Of a stretch of DNA of 64,000 bases, positions 12,239 through 25,110 are shown one piece after another (position 1 is the stretch's first letter; each line of letters starts with the position of its first letter). Made by a program: the position numbers and the translations under genes. Location of the stretch: positions 7,936,001-8,000,000 of the forward strand of contig OX597823.1 of assembly GCA_951406725.2 (NCBI GenBank), given 5' to 3'. Source of the DNA: Octopus vulgaris. Lineage: Eukaryota. Below the pieces are notes generated by a model. It was given only the letters and a program-made list of their open reading frames with translations. It was not told the origin of the DNA and searched no databases.

Positions 12239-12689
12239 GGTTAGATGATAAGCTGGAGAGCTGTACTGAGGTTTAGTCCATTTTGGTTTGGTTTCTAATG
12301 CCCTTCCTGATGCCAATCACTTCACAGTGTACAGGGTGCCTTTACATGTCACCGACATGGCTGCCTTTGACATGCCTTCTCAAACACAGCAAATCGCCAA
12401 AGGTCTCTGTCACGTGTCATCACCTCCATGAGCTCAACATCTGAAGATCATATTTCACCACCTTGTCCCACATCATCCTGAGTCTACCTCTTCCACAGGT
12501 TCTCTCCACTTTTTACGTGGTCCATATGCATCACATGACCATACCAGCACAGTCTTTCACACTACATCTGATGCCTCTTATAACTAATTTTTCTCTTAAG
12601 GCAAGTAAATAAATAGATAAATGTATAAAAATAGTTAATTCATTATAAATAGATAGAGAAAATAATTAATTGGCATATCAATTAAATAA

Positions 12690-12902
12690 TCCTTTCTACT
12701 ATAGGCAGAAGGTTTGAAATCTTTGGGCAGGGGGTACTCAATTAGATCGACCCCAGTATGCAACTGGTACTTGATTTATCGACCCCAAAAGGATGAAAGG
12801 CAAAGCTGACCTCGGCAGAATTTGAACTCAAAATATAAAGATTGACGAAATACCACTAAACATTTTGCCTGGCTTGCTGATGATTCTGCCAGCTCACCAC
12901 CT
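12690..12902 (-). mobile_element. SINE family B, alternative-tail subfamily
   Basis: Family B head and core, but tail ..CCTATAGTAGAAAGG; similar copies at 55645-55830 and 56330-56450. Confidence 0.75.
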
Positions 12903-13585
12903 TCTTATCAACTAAATTAAAACAATAAGTACTACATAGTCATGTTTTGTTTTGTTCGGTTCAATGTAAACAAGCTGTGTAATTTGTATTACAGCAATGT
13001 GAATGGCACTACAGGAGTTGGGGGAGGACAGAAGGAGAAGTGTTGTTGAGAGAGAGAGGTTCCGGTACAGAAGAGAGGTTTCTGGTGAGGACAGGAAAGG
13101 ATGGGTGCATCATGGATAAGGAAACAATGGAACAATTGTGCCTTTAAGAGCCAAAGCAGTAATGGAGAGAGAGAGGGGCAATTCAGATAAATTATTTACA
13201 CAGTAGCAAAAGGAGAAACTAAGTTAACTAGAGCTAAAGCCATGAAAACATTAAATTACATTAAATTAATATAAATACATATATATGTACATATATACAT
13301 ACACACATACATACATACATATATAGATATATATATATATATATATATAAAATCAATGATGATGATATATATATATATACACACACAGGGTGCGGTGAAT
13401 AAATTGTTGTCTAAACCAGTGATTCCCAAAGTGGGCAATAATAGGGTGGCCAAAAGGGGGCAATGGATGTAATCCCCCGCCCCGCTCAAATACAATAATG
13501 GGTTACACACTAGAGATTTTGACCTTTAAATTTGGGGAAAAATACAGATTATACTCGAGGATTTATGGTATATATATATATGTTT

Positions 13586-14660
13586 ATCATCATCATCATC
13601 ATCGATTAACGTCTCTTTTCCATGCTGGCATGTTTTGGTCAGTTTGACTGAGGTCTGGGGAGTCAGTGGCTGCACCAGGCTCCAATCTGGTCTGGCAGAT
13701 TTTCTACAGCTGGATGCCCTTCCTAACGCCAACCCTTCCAAGAGTGTAGTGGGTGCTTTTTACGTGCCATCAGCAGAGGAACCAGTCAGGCGGGCCTGGG
13801 GAGAGTGCTTTTTTACGTGCCACCAGACCAGGCATTGACCACGTTTGGATGATGCTTTTCTCATACCACTTTGCATGGGAGCCAGTCAAGGGGCACCAGC
13901 CCCAGCTACAATATTGGTTTTACTTGACTCAACAGGTCTTCTCAAGGATATTATTTCATATCACCCAACACATCAGGAGTATTCTTAACAGGGCTGGACA
14001 TGTGTGGTTGGGATCTCACTTTAGTTGCCGGATCTTCTCAAGCCCAGCATATCTCCAAAGGTCCTGGTCTCCTGTCATTGCTTCAGTGAGGCCCAGTGTT
14101 CGAAGATCATGCTTCACCACCTCATCCCATGTCTTCCTGGGTCTACCTCTTCTACAGCTTCCTCCTACAGTTAGGGAGTGGCACTTCCTCACGCAGCTGT
14201 CTTCATTCATATGTAACACATAGCCATGCCAACGCAGTCGCCTCTCTTGCACACCACATTTGATGCTTCTCATGCCCAACTTTTCTCTCAGGCCACTTAC
14301 ACACTGTCCTGTATGCACACTGACATTACACATCCAACGGATCATACTAGCTTCAGTTCTTTCAAGCTTGTGCATGCCCTCAACATTCATGGCCCATGTT
14401 TCACTGCCGTGTAGCATGGCAGTTCGCACACATGCATCGTACAGTCTATCTTTCACTCTGAGTGAAAGGTCCTTAGATGCCGGCAGAGTTAGGAGCTCCC
14501 TGAACTTTGCCCTAGCTATTCTTATTCTAGTTGCTACACTCTCAGAGCAACCACCCCCACTACAGACCTGGTCGCCTAGGTACCAGAAGCTATTAACTAC
14601 TTCTAGTTTCTTCCCCTAGCATGCATCTGCCACACACAAAAACTATTTTCCTGGTTAACC
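13586..14660 (-). mobile_element. RTE LINE 3' end (C-terminal ORF, 3' UTR, (GAT)n tail)
   Basis: ORF 14016-14456 LYDACVRTAMLHGSETW..RRLRWHGYV..RRGRPRKTW; UTR contains GGTTGGCGTTAGGAAGGGCATCCAG. Confidence 0.9.
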
Positions 14661-14707
14661 TTCCTTCTATATATGTATATACATCCTCATATATATATAT
14701 ATATATA

Positions 14708-14917
14708 TTTCTTTACTACCCACAAGGGGCTAAACATAGAGGGGACAAACAAGGACAGACAAAGGGATTAAGTCGATTACATCAACCCCAGTGCGAAACT
14801 GGTACTTAATTTATTGACCCCGAAAGGATGAAAGGCAAAGTCGACCTCGGCGGAATTTGAACTCAGAACGTAACGGCAGACAAAATACGGCAACGCATTT
14901 CGCCCGGTGTGCTAATG
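14708..14917 (-). mobile_element. SINE family B
   Basis: Match to 8863-9092. Confidence 0.85.
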
Positions 14918-14928
14918 TGTTATATATA

Positions 14929-15390
14929 TAGAACACCGGCGATTATAATTAATTTTATTGTATCGCATTTGACTTTGTTTACGTATTTTCTCGATAAATT
15001 TTTGAGCGTTAGACGATATACCAGAAAACCCTATTTTGTCGGGTACGTTCTGAGTCTGCGCAGTGATTTGAATAGTTTAGAAAGAGCAATTTAATAGACG
15101 CACGTGCCTCTATGGATGTGCGCTTCCCATAATAACAGGAATCTTACTGAAGAGCCTACCTGAGTAAATAAATATTATTTTTATTGCTGAAATAGGCAAA
15201 ACTGCAGTCTAAGAAGAACTAAGTTTGTAAAAGTTTTTAATTTTCATCTCATTAAATTTATCCAGCTTTTGTGTATCTAGTACACACTTTGCCTTTTAAT
15301 GTACTTATATATGAATAACATATGGCGTGTCCTAGAACACCGGCGATTATAATTAATTTTATTGTATCGCATTTGACTTTGTTTACGTAT
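14929..15390 (+). mobile_element. 404-bp terminally redundant hammerhead-containing element (retrozyme/pLTR-like)
   Basis: Identical 58-bp direct repeats at 14929-14986 and 15333-15390, (TA)n flanks, internal hammerhead motif. Confidence 0.7.
15142..15214 (+). ncRNA. Type-I hammerhead ribozyme motif (G12->A in this copy)
   Basis: TCTTA-CTGAAGA-GCCTA...TAGGC-(A)AAAC-TGCA-GTC-TAAGA: 5-bp stem I, 5-bp basal stem II, palindromic ACTGCAGT stem III, GUC triplet. Confidence 0.75.
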
Positions 15391-15414
15391 ATATATATAT
15401 ATATACATACATTT

Positions 15415-15722
15415 TTTCTTTTACTTGTTTCAGTCATTTGAATGTGTCCTTGCTGGAGGACCACCTTTTGTTGAGCAAATCAATCCCAGGACTTATTTTT
15501 TGTAAGCCTGGTACTTACTCTATCGGTCTCTTTTGCCAACTGCTAAGTTACAGGGATGTAAATACACCAATATCGGTTGTCAAGTGATGGTCAACCAAAT
15601 CTACTTACAAAGCTTTGGTTGGCCCGAGGCTATAGTAGAAGGCACTTGCTCAAGATGCCATGCAGTGGGACTGAACCTGGAACCCTGTGGTTGGGAAACA
15701 AGCCTCTTACCACACGACCACA
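15415..15722 (-). mobile_element. Diverged SINE family A with internal deletion
   Basis: Tail and head match family A. Confidence 0.75.
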
Positions 15723-15728
15723 CACACA

Positions 15729-15772
<44 letters not shown>

Positions 15773-16170
15773 CAGGGTGTAGGTGGTATTCATTTGTAAT
15801 TTTTAACAGCTAATTTTGCACATATTTTTTAAAACTTTCCTTCTAGGCTTTATTTTTCTAAAAGACATTGACCATTTTTGTTTTCTTTTTTCGCAGAATA
15901 ATTGAAGAGGCATTGAGTCCTTCGTGGAATCAATAATGGAAGTATAAAGAAGGAGTTTTCAGACTTCTTCAACATCAGCAGAAAGCTGTTGGAAAAGGTC
16001 AGAAGAGAGTTGGAAGATTTGGAATTCAACTACAAAATTTCCTGCAACTGTTATAGTTTTAGGGGTTGTCAGCAATGAAGGACATGTGATGCCTCCTTAG
16101 TTCTTTCCATAAGGCTTTAGAGTTAACTCTGCTGCTTACATTGAGGTCCTAAACAGTGTATGCAATGGAA
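15773..16170 (+). mobile_element. Decayed maT-like Tc1/mariner remnant
   Basis: Begins TA|CAGGGTG; peptide VLGVVSNEGHVMPP*FFP*GFRVNSAAYIEVL parallels the 47386-48435 transposase. Confidence 0.6.
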
Positions 16171-16175
16171 GGCCA

Positions 16176-16505
16176 TAATTATTATTCTTATCATTATCAT
16201 TATTATTATCATTATCATTAATCTTTATTATTATTATTGTTATTATTATTAATATTATCATTATTATTATAATCATAATTATTATTATTGTTATTATTAT
16301 TATTATTATTGTTATTATTATTATTATTATTATCACCATTATCATTATTAACATCATTATCATTATTATTATTATTAACATCATCATTATTATTATTATT
16401 ATTATTTATATAATTATTATTAATATTATTATTATTATTATTATCAACATTATTATTATTATTAATATTATTATTATCATTATTATTATCATTATCATTA
16501 TTATT
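16176..16505. repeat. Imperfect (ATT/ATC)n microsatellite, ~330 bp
   Basis: Directly visible; abuts the 3' end of the R4/Dong element. Confidence 0.95.
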
Positions 16506-17536
16506 CAGTAGTTTTATTTTTATAGCGTGCTTTCACTTCACTACCGAGCGCAGCTCTGTGTGCCTTGGGTATGTGCTGTGATTTGTTGTTATGCTCTGAT
16601 GGTTATTGTATGGAAAGTGCTCTGCGTAGGATGTGTGCAGTGCCTAGTAGTGCAATTTTCTGTAAGTTATATGTGTTTGTAAGTCCTGGTGTTTTTGTTA
16701 TGTATTTGTCTGAATATTTTTTTATCATGCCTAATGCACCTACTATGATAGGAATTGTTTCTGTTTTCAGATTCCACATTCTAGTTACCTCTATTTCCAG
16801 GTCTTTGTATTTTGAGAGTTTCTCCATTTCTTTTAGAGACACGTTGTCATCAGCCGGTAATGATACATCAATTAGAAAGCATTTTTTTCTTCATGGTCTC
16901 TGACAACTATATCTGGTCTGTTGGCCTTAATTTCTCTGTCTGTGTGTATCGGCATATCCCAGAGTATGGTTGCTTTCTCGTTTTCTGTGACCTTTTCTGG
17001 TGTGTGCCTATACCATCTTTTTTCTGTTGTTATTCCATAATGTTGGCATAGCTTCCAATGTATGTAGGTTCCAACTCTGTCATGTCTGTGAATATATTCC
17101 TTCTTAGCCAGGACTGGGCAGCTAGAGATAATATGATTTATTGTTTCTTGTCCATCTCCACATATTCTGCAGTTACTTGTAATATTTCTTTTCATTACAT
17201 GTTTTTGGTAATTTCTGGTGGGGAGGCTTTGGTCTTGTGCTGCAATTAAAAATCCCTCTGTTTCTGCTTTGAGTCCTGAGCTTCTCAACCATTGCTGGGA
17301 TTTTTCTTTGTCTATTTCTTTTGCGTTTAGTTTAGTGCAGTATTTACCATGAAGGGGCTTTTCTTGCCATCGTTTTATCATGGTTCGTTGCTGTTCTATT
17401 TTTAGTTTGGATTTCATTTGTTTTATAGCTTTTGTTGTTTCTTCATCTTCTTCTTCTTCTTCATGTTTATTAGGTGGTATGATTTCTTGTTTGTATTTGT
17501 CAGCTTCCTTAAATACTGAGAACAGTTTTTTGTTTT
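16506..17536 (-). mobile_element. R4/Dong-type non-LTR retrotransposon 3' end (CCHC + restriction-like endonuclease), frameshifted
   Basis: CRICGDGQETINHIISSC zinc knuckle, HRHD, NRPDIV, KLSKYKDL, PIIVGALG; ends in a TAA repeat, the known Dong target. Confidence 0.85.
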
Positions 17537-19002
17537 GGTGAAAATTTTCGAAATATTTTTGGGTAAAATTTTCGGTGAAAATTTTAGTAAAATTTTTGGG
17601 TAAACTTTTCGGTGTAAATTTTCGAAAAATTTTTGGTTAAAATTTTCGGTGAAAATTTTCGTAAAATTTGTGGGTAAAATTTTCGAAAAACTTTTGGGTA
17701 AAATTTTCGGTTTAATATTTCGAAAAATTTTTGGGTAAAATTTTCGAAAAACTTTTGGGTAAAATTTTCGGTTTAATATTTCGAAAAATTTTTGGGTAAA
17801 ATTTTCGGTAAAAATTTTCGAAAAGTTTTTGGGTAAAATTTTCGAAAAATTTTTGGGAAAAATTTTCGAAAAATTTCGGTGAAAATTTTTGGATGAAATT
17901 TTCGGTGAAAATTTTCGAAAAATTTTCGTGTAAAATTTTCGAAAAATTTTTGGATGAAATTTTTGATGAAAATTTTCGAAAAATTTTCGTGTAAAATTTT
18001 CTAAAAATGTTTGGGTAATATTTTCGGTGAAAATTTTTGGGTAAAATTTTCGAAGACTTTTGGGTAAAATTTTCGAAATATTTCGGTGATAATTTTTGGG
18101 TAAAATTTTCGAAAAATTTTGGGTGAAAATTTTCGAAAAATTTTTGATGAAAATTTTCGAAGAATTTTTGGGTAAAATTTTCTGTGAAAATTTTAGTAAA
18201 ATTTGTGGGTAAAATTTTCAGTAAAGATTTTCGAAAAATTTCGGTGAAAATTTTTGGGTAAAATTTTCGTTGAAAATTTTCGAAAGATTTGTGGTGAAAA
18301 TTTTCGAAAAATTTTTGGATGAAATTTTCGAAAAATTTTCGTGTAAAATTTTCGAAAAATTTGGTGAAAATTTTCGAAAAATTTTTGGGTAAAATTTTCT
18401 GTGAAAATTTTCGAAAGATTTGTGGTGAAAATTTTAGTAAAATTTTTGGGTAAAATTTTCGTTGAAAATTTTCGAAAGATTTGTGGTGAAAATTTTCGAA
18501 AAATTTTCGTGTAAAATTTTCGAAAAATTTTTGGATGAAATTTTTGGTGAAAACTTTCGAAAAATTTTCGTGTAAAATTTTCTAAAAATTTTTGGCTAAT
18601 ATTTTCGGTGAAAATTTTTGGGTAAAATTTTCGGTGAAAATTTTCGAAATATTTCGGTGATAATTTTTGGGTAAAATTTTCGAAAAATTTTTGGTGAAAA
18701 TTTTCGAAAAATTTTTGATGAAAATTTTCGAAGAATTTTTGGGTAAAATTTCCTGTGAAAATTTTATTAAAATTTGTGGGTAAAATTTTCAGTAAAGATT
18801 TTCGAAAAATTTCGGTGAAAATTTTCGGAAGATTTGTGGTGAAAATTTTCGAAAAATTTTTGGGTAATATTTTCGGTGAAAATTTTTAAAAGATTTTGGG
18901 GGAAAATTTTCGAACAATTTTTAGGGAAAATTTTCGAACAATTTTTGGGGAAACTTTTCCGTGAAAATTTTTTGTGCAAATTTTTTTTGGGTAAAATTTT
19001 CT
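17537..19002. repeat. Satellite of ~11-13-bp GAAAATTTTC-type units
   Basis: Continuous variants of (GGT)GAAAATTTTC / GAAAAATTTTT; blocks recur ~570-580 bp apart. Confidence 0.95.
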
Positions 19003-20075
19003 AATGATAATAATAATAATATAACTTACCAGTACATACATAGCATGACTGTAGATATGTGCCAAAATACATATATACCATCAAATTCATGCACACACAC
19101 ACACAAACAAGTTTACAAGGATGCATGTAAAAACACAAATACAAATAATAAAACACAATGCATACATAAATATAAGGATATAAATTTAACCCATGGGAAA
19201 AACTCATCTTTTTTTTTTTTTAAGAATCGTAATCTATGATGCTTGAAACATACACTTCCGAATGATGATTTTTGGCGCAATAGATAATTTTTGACTTCAG
19301 TAGGAATGCCGTTAAGAGATATATAAATACAATTTACTAAAGTAAACAGTAAGAAAATAGAGGACATTATTTACACGTTATTACAAACTCAAAGTAAGTA
19401 ACTTATGTCAACTAACTCGTAATAGCTGCAAACAGTGAACCAGTTTGCTTTTCACAAAACAACAAAAACAAATTTACGTTTGTGAATTTAAACACTATTC
19501 ATAAAACACCCAACATCTTTAACCAGAGATTCGTACCTCATCATAGCGTGGCGGTGAAGGTGGTTTTGTCTTTGGCCGCACTTTCGATACGGAATATATA
19601 CGTCTATATATTAAAATAAAATGTATTTGCTTTGAACTGACATTATGATGAGAAGAATATGTATATCTTTATTAAAATTTATTTTTTATGGAAAGTTATA
19701 CACAGAAACCAGTGAAACATTAATTGAAATATACCCATTACATGTAAATTGAGTTTTATTGTATACTTTGAAGAAATCTGAAGTAACTTCGAAGCTACAG
19801 CTGCGCTCCTCTATATATGTGTGTGTGTGAGAGGGCGAAAGAGAGAAGGCACGTAGCCTTGAATTTAGGTAACAGGGCTCTTAGAAATGAGGTTGCAGAT
19901 TCGATTCCTGGTTTGGAAGGCTCTTGGGATCTTGTATATTTGGATAAAACATTTTACTTCTGGTTGCAGCAGTCTACTTAGTGGGTAATATACTTCAGCT
20001 GAAGGATACGCCCAGAAGTTTACTGCTATATCATATTTTTACATCTTTACCAATACACATACAAATATATACATA

Positions 20076-20640
20076 TCAAATCAAATCAAATCAATTGGCA
20101 GAAGAACACAGTGTGCTAAACCCAGTTAAAAAGTTATTGTTATATACAGTTTTATACATAGTCGCCACTGCTGTCCAGAGCCTCTTTGAACAGGGGAGTG
20201 GTGGGCAGTTGAATGACATCTTGTGGTAGCTTGTTCCACGGGGCTGTGAAACGAACGGAGAATGCCACCTTCAGGCTGTTGAATCGAAAGTGTCGGTGGT
20301 AGAGTTTGTGATCATGCCTACAAAGACCTCTATCCGGCGCAGGGGTGAAAAACTCTGCAACTGGTAGGTTTACATTCCCGTTGAAGAAGTTGAAAGCCAG
20401 GATGAGATCTCACCGCATCTTCCGTCGTTCGAGTAAAGGTAATGCCAGCCGTTGGAGACGTTCCTCATACGTAAGCTGAGACAAGCCCGTGCCCTTTCGG
20501 GTGGTCAAGTGCTGAATGTCTTTCCGGAGATATAGGTTTGCGGCCTGGCAGTAATATTCGAGAATGGGTCGAACTAGAGTGGCGTATAAAGGCCGAAAGC
20601 CCCTAAGACCGAACCTTAAGAGATCAAAAAGATGTTCTGT
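20076..20640 (-). mobile_element. CR1 LINE 3' fragment with (TTTGA)n tail
   Basis: Minus strand PLYATLVRPILEY..PWNKLPQDVIQLPTTPLFKEALD. Confidence 0.8.
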
Positions 20641-21091
20641 ATACTTGCTTGAAAAACTGTATTTTTTAAAAACTTAAGAACCTCAAGTGACTATGTAAAT
20701 ACTAAGAGTGTAATTTTTTTCATGTCTGCATTGTACAAAATACATTTTTGCAGAAATTAAGGATAAACGAGTGAACACAACAAAAAGCATTCCAGTGTAG
20801 GTTTATGTCAATTTTGGTATTCATAAGACACTGGCTATATTTACTGTGATGTTAATTATCTCCCTTGTGTTTCTGTCTTTTTCTAAATGTGATCATTCAA
20901 ATGTCGACTATATTCAATGCATTTACTAAAACTTTTGTTTTTACTAGCTTAATAAATAGCAAAATAAATATTTTGGCCAGGAAACACTGTATTTCACAGG
21001 GCTCTTTATGGGTTTTATAAGTATGTACGTAAGTACATGTAATAATAAATAGAGGAAAGGGAAGTTAATTGGAACCTGGAGTAGATAGAAA

Positions 21092-21382
21092 CATCATCAT
21101 CATCATTGTTCGACCATGGTTGAGACAATGGAATTTACCATGCTACGCCAGACTTCACGGTCCATCATGGCATTACGGAGGTCCTGTTGCTGGATGCCTG
21201 TATCCCTGGAGATTACATCAGGGGAGGAGAGTGTGTGCCCTCTGGTATTGCGAGTAGATGGCTTCCAGAGGAGAAGAGTAGAAATTACCTCTTTTTCAGC
21301 TCTACAACAATGTCCAGCAAACTGGACTCTCCTACCTTTCACAAGAGATGACACAGGTGGTAGTTTCCCATATATTTGCATA
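21092..21382 (-). mobile_element. RTE-like LINE 3' fragment
   Basis: Near-identical to 7045-7335. Confidence 0.85.
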
Positions 21383-21819
21383 TAGAAACACTTCTTCCAA
21401 GAGAAATAATGAACCTGGTAAGGACTCCACTGTTCACAAGTTTTACACAAGATGCAACTCCTATTCTGGAGCTTTCAAAGTGAGTACAACTCATACAGGT
21501 GAGAACAGAGGATAGGTAGGGTAAAGGTACGCCAGCCTCCGTCACCATGTTTTAGCATTCTCTTCACCCTTACAAGAGAATGTGAATTTTCTCAAGTATT
21601 GCATGTTGTGGATCTTTGTCATCTCTTTGTCCTGTTTTTCTAGGTCTCCCACCTTTACAGATACTATCCCCTTTGAGTGCTTGACATTTTTATGCAGTTG
21701 TTGTCATCTGTACACTTTGTATGTCCATTCCTATGTAATCTTATTTGATCAATATATCAGATTCCCCTTAGGCCCCAATTATTCTCTCAGCTCATTTGTT
21801 ACATTACAAAGCCAGTGGA

Positions 21820-22090
21820 GCATATTCCTGTCATTTCTTTCCAGTGTTCACAAACCTGCTAAATTTAATGTCCATGTTCTGCTACAATAAAACAATGCAT
21901 CATAGTTTGTCCTTTACTCTGAAAGACAAATCCTCTGTTGCCAATAAAGGTTAATAACGCCCTGAACTTACAACTCTTTACTCTGGCTCCTATGCTTTTG
22001 GTATACTTACATTTACTGCTAATTAAGTCATTTAGGTAATAGAAGCTATCAAGTACTTCGAGAGAGGCACACAGAGAATCCATTAAACAA
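21820..22090 (-). mobile_element. Old RTE fragment
   Basis: SLEVLDSFYYLNDLISS..SIGARV resembles the RTE LEVVxxFxYLG region. Confidence 0.55.
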
Positions 22091-22399
22091 ATGATATTAA
22101 AGTTTACTGCAATTACTGCATATGAATTCTATCTTCTCCATCAGCCTAACTCAAATTCCACTCGGAAATCCAGAGTCTATATTCAGTACATCATACAGAA
22201 TTTCTACTTACACATCTTCTACACATCAATCTAAATCCAACTCAAGTTAGCAATGAAAAACAGGAAAAATATGAAAAAGATTTTGTAAGTTAAAATGTGG
22301 CAAGATAAAATTTAATTGTAGATAATCAAAACCAAAATGGATTTAAATAACTCTAAAATTTTATATCAAGGTAGGCTGGGAAATGGATTAGAGAAAACA

Positions 22400-24845
22400 A
22401 TTTGTAGCAGTTTCACTATCAAATAGCAGTGTTCAAAGAAGGATTAGCAATATTGATATCATTGAGTAAGTGCATGAGATAAAGTCAGCAACATTTAACT
22501 TAATTCAGCTTGATGAGTTAACTTATGTGTATAGCTACTGGGATTTTAAAGTTATGTTTGCTCTGCTTAATTTAAGGGGGAGTTTCTCTTTTGTTTCCCT
22601 CTCAAACAATCAAAGCTTCAGATACATTGGAAAATGTTTCATCTTTCACGGAATCATAAAAACTTTTGTGAGATGTCTATAGGTACTGTACAGATGCTGT
22701 ACCAGCTATACTGAGATCAAAATCTGGATTTCAAGTTTCTAAAGAGAAATAAGCTCCAAAACTGAAAGTATTTGTTATATGACCCATAAAACATACCCAG
22801 CTCAAGAGGTTTTGAATATTTGTTAATGGTGGAACTTTTACCTTTTGAAGCAGCTATGTATTGACATGGAGTTCAAAGATTTTAAAAATAAAAAACTGAA
22901 TGAGTGTTTGGTCTTCGAGATAAGTTCAAATTATTTTTGGAAGTTCAAAATGAAATTTTGTACCCTGTTGAATCATGAGAAATAGATCATACAACTCATA
23001 TTTGATCAGTTTTTGAGCAGCTAAATGAGCTGAATCTTCAAATGCAAAGAAAGAATATACATCATAAAATTCATCGATTCCTGGAAAGCTTTCATGAACT
23101 GGAAAATTAGGAGAAAAATGAGCATACCAAAAAGTTTAATGTTTGAGAAACTACCAGTCATTTTTGTTGCTGGTGGTGAAAAGCAAGTGCTTCTAGAATT
23201 TCCAAAACACAAAATTTTGTAGCATTTGATAGCACCACGAAATGAATTCAACCAATATTACCTTGAAATCAGTAATGAGCAGATGTTGGTAAGCGCTAGG
23301 GCATTGAAAATGTTCCTGGATGATTGTTAGGATGACTTTCTCAGCTGAAGAACAATTCAAGAGCAAACATGGTTTTTCGTGAGAAAGCTATCACAAAATT
23401 TTAATGGAAAATAACTGAAACTGGCAAAAGAGTCAGACACGCATTGCTTCCATTTGTGTCAACATACTTTTGTGAATGTGGCTTTTGAACTCCGCTGCAG
23501 TAGATTTAAAGTTGAGAATGACTTGCATTATGCCCCTTGAAACACTCCTTCATACATTTGAGAAGTGACATAGAAGTAATCTTCAAAAGAATAAAATAGA
23601 TCATGATAACTTTACTTTCTAGTGATTTTTTTTTTGTTTGTTTATTGAAACATGTACGTTTCAGTAACATAATTAGCTGTGAATATAAAAAAGGTGCTCC
23701 TTTATTCAAGTTTTAAAACCAATCCACATTTTCTATTGCATTTGCATTTTTGAAACTCCATTATAAAAATAATCTAAGAAAAATAAATATTGGGTCATCC
23801 TATAAATAATGCGGTTTTTCACGTAAAAAACACCATCCGTTCGTGGCCGTTGCCAGCCTCGCCTGGCTCCCGTGCCGGTGGCATGTAAAAAGCACCATCC
23901 GTTCGTGGCCATTGCCAGCCTCGCCTGGCCCCCGTGCCGGTGGCATGTAAAAAGCACCATCCGATCGTGGCACGTAAAAAGCATGAAAGGTGTTCTTCAA
24001 TCTGGATAATGCTCAGCCACATAAAGCGAGGATGACATTCCAAAGGCTGGAGCAGTTTGAATGGGAAATGATGCCCCATCTTCCATTTTTGTCAGACATT
24101 GCTCCATCTTAATTATCATTTATTCCACAAGAGGACTGTTGCAAGTCTACAGGAGAATAGATGGAAGATCATTATAGAAAATGAAGGAGAATATATTTTA
24201 GATTAAAAAAGAACTTTATCTTAATTTTGAAGAATAAAAGAAATATTTAAGAAACTGCATTACTTATGAGATGACCCAATATGTACTAATACAGTAAGTG
24301 TATATGTATTCATTTAGTAAAAATAAAATTTTTAATATTACATGTGTTATTTTAATTCACCTTTTGGACTCACACAATGTAAAAAAGAAAAGACAGACAT
24401 TCTGAATTATATATATATATATATATATATAAAGCTGAAGTTGTCTGTGTGTGGCAGGTTTGGTAGCCTTCAACTAACACTATCTCCTCCGAGACCCTGC
24501 AGCGCAAGTTGACCAAAATTGAGAGTATGATAGAAGGCTTGCTCTTCCTTCCACAGAAGAAAAAATTCAAATCGGACCATGTTAACACCAAAAGTTATTT
24601 ACATCAAAAAGGTGCTTTTTTTTCTATGAAAATCCCTATTTTTTACGATTTTTTGACGGCCATGTTGCCATTTTTCGGTGTATTTCAACCAGAAAAATGT
24701 TCACTTCAAGAGAATAACAAGCTACATAATGCAAAGTTTTTACTTTTCAAAAATTCCAATTCTAAAGGGTTGAAACAAACCCGAGCAATGCCGAGCGATA
24801 CTGCTAGTATAGTTAAAAGGGGAAAAAAGTTGTGAGAACCACTGA
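22400..24845 (+). mobile_element. Highly decayed hAT transposon with later insertions
   Basis: CTDAVPAIL..SGF (~22688), LLPFVSTYFCECGF (~23445), terminus GAGAACCACTG. Confidence 0.6.
24410..24807 (+). mobile_element. Non-autonomous Helitron-like element
   Basis: TATATAAAGCTGAAGTTGT start; CCCGAGCAATGCCGAG hairpin + CTAG|T end shared with 49456-49849. Confidence 0.7.
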
Positions 24846-24852
24846 ATTGGAA

Positions 24853-25110
24853 TCATCATCATCATCATCATCATCGTTTAACGTCCGTTCTCCATGCTAG
24901 CATGGGTTGGACGGTTCGACTGGGGATCTGGGAAGCCAGAAGGCTGCACCAGGCTCTTATCTGGCAATGTTTCTACAGCTGGATGCCCTTCCTAACGCCA
25001 ACCACTCCGTGAGTGTAGTGGGTGCTTTTTACGTGCCACCTGCACAGGTCCCAGGTGAGGCTGGCAACAGCCACGGTCGGATTGGTGCATTTTACGTGCC
25101 ACCGGCACGT
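24853..25110 (-). mobile_element. RTE 3'-UTR fragment
   Basis: (CAT)n + TTTAACGTCCG..GGATGCCCTTCCTAACGCCAACC, same as the UTR of 13586-14660. Confidence 0.8.

Noticed and set aside
19525-19590. Possible minus-strand first exon (ATGATGAG|GTACGA) in a GC-rich patch
   Set aside because: Cannot be supported without transcript data
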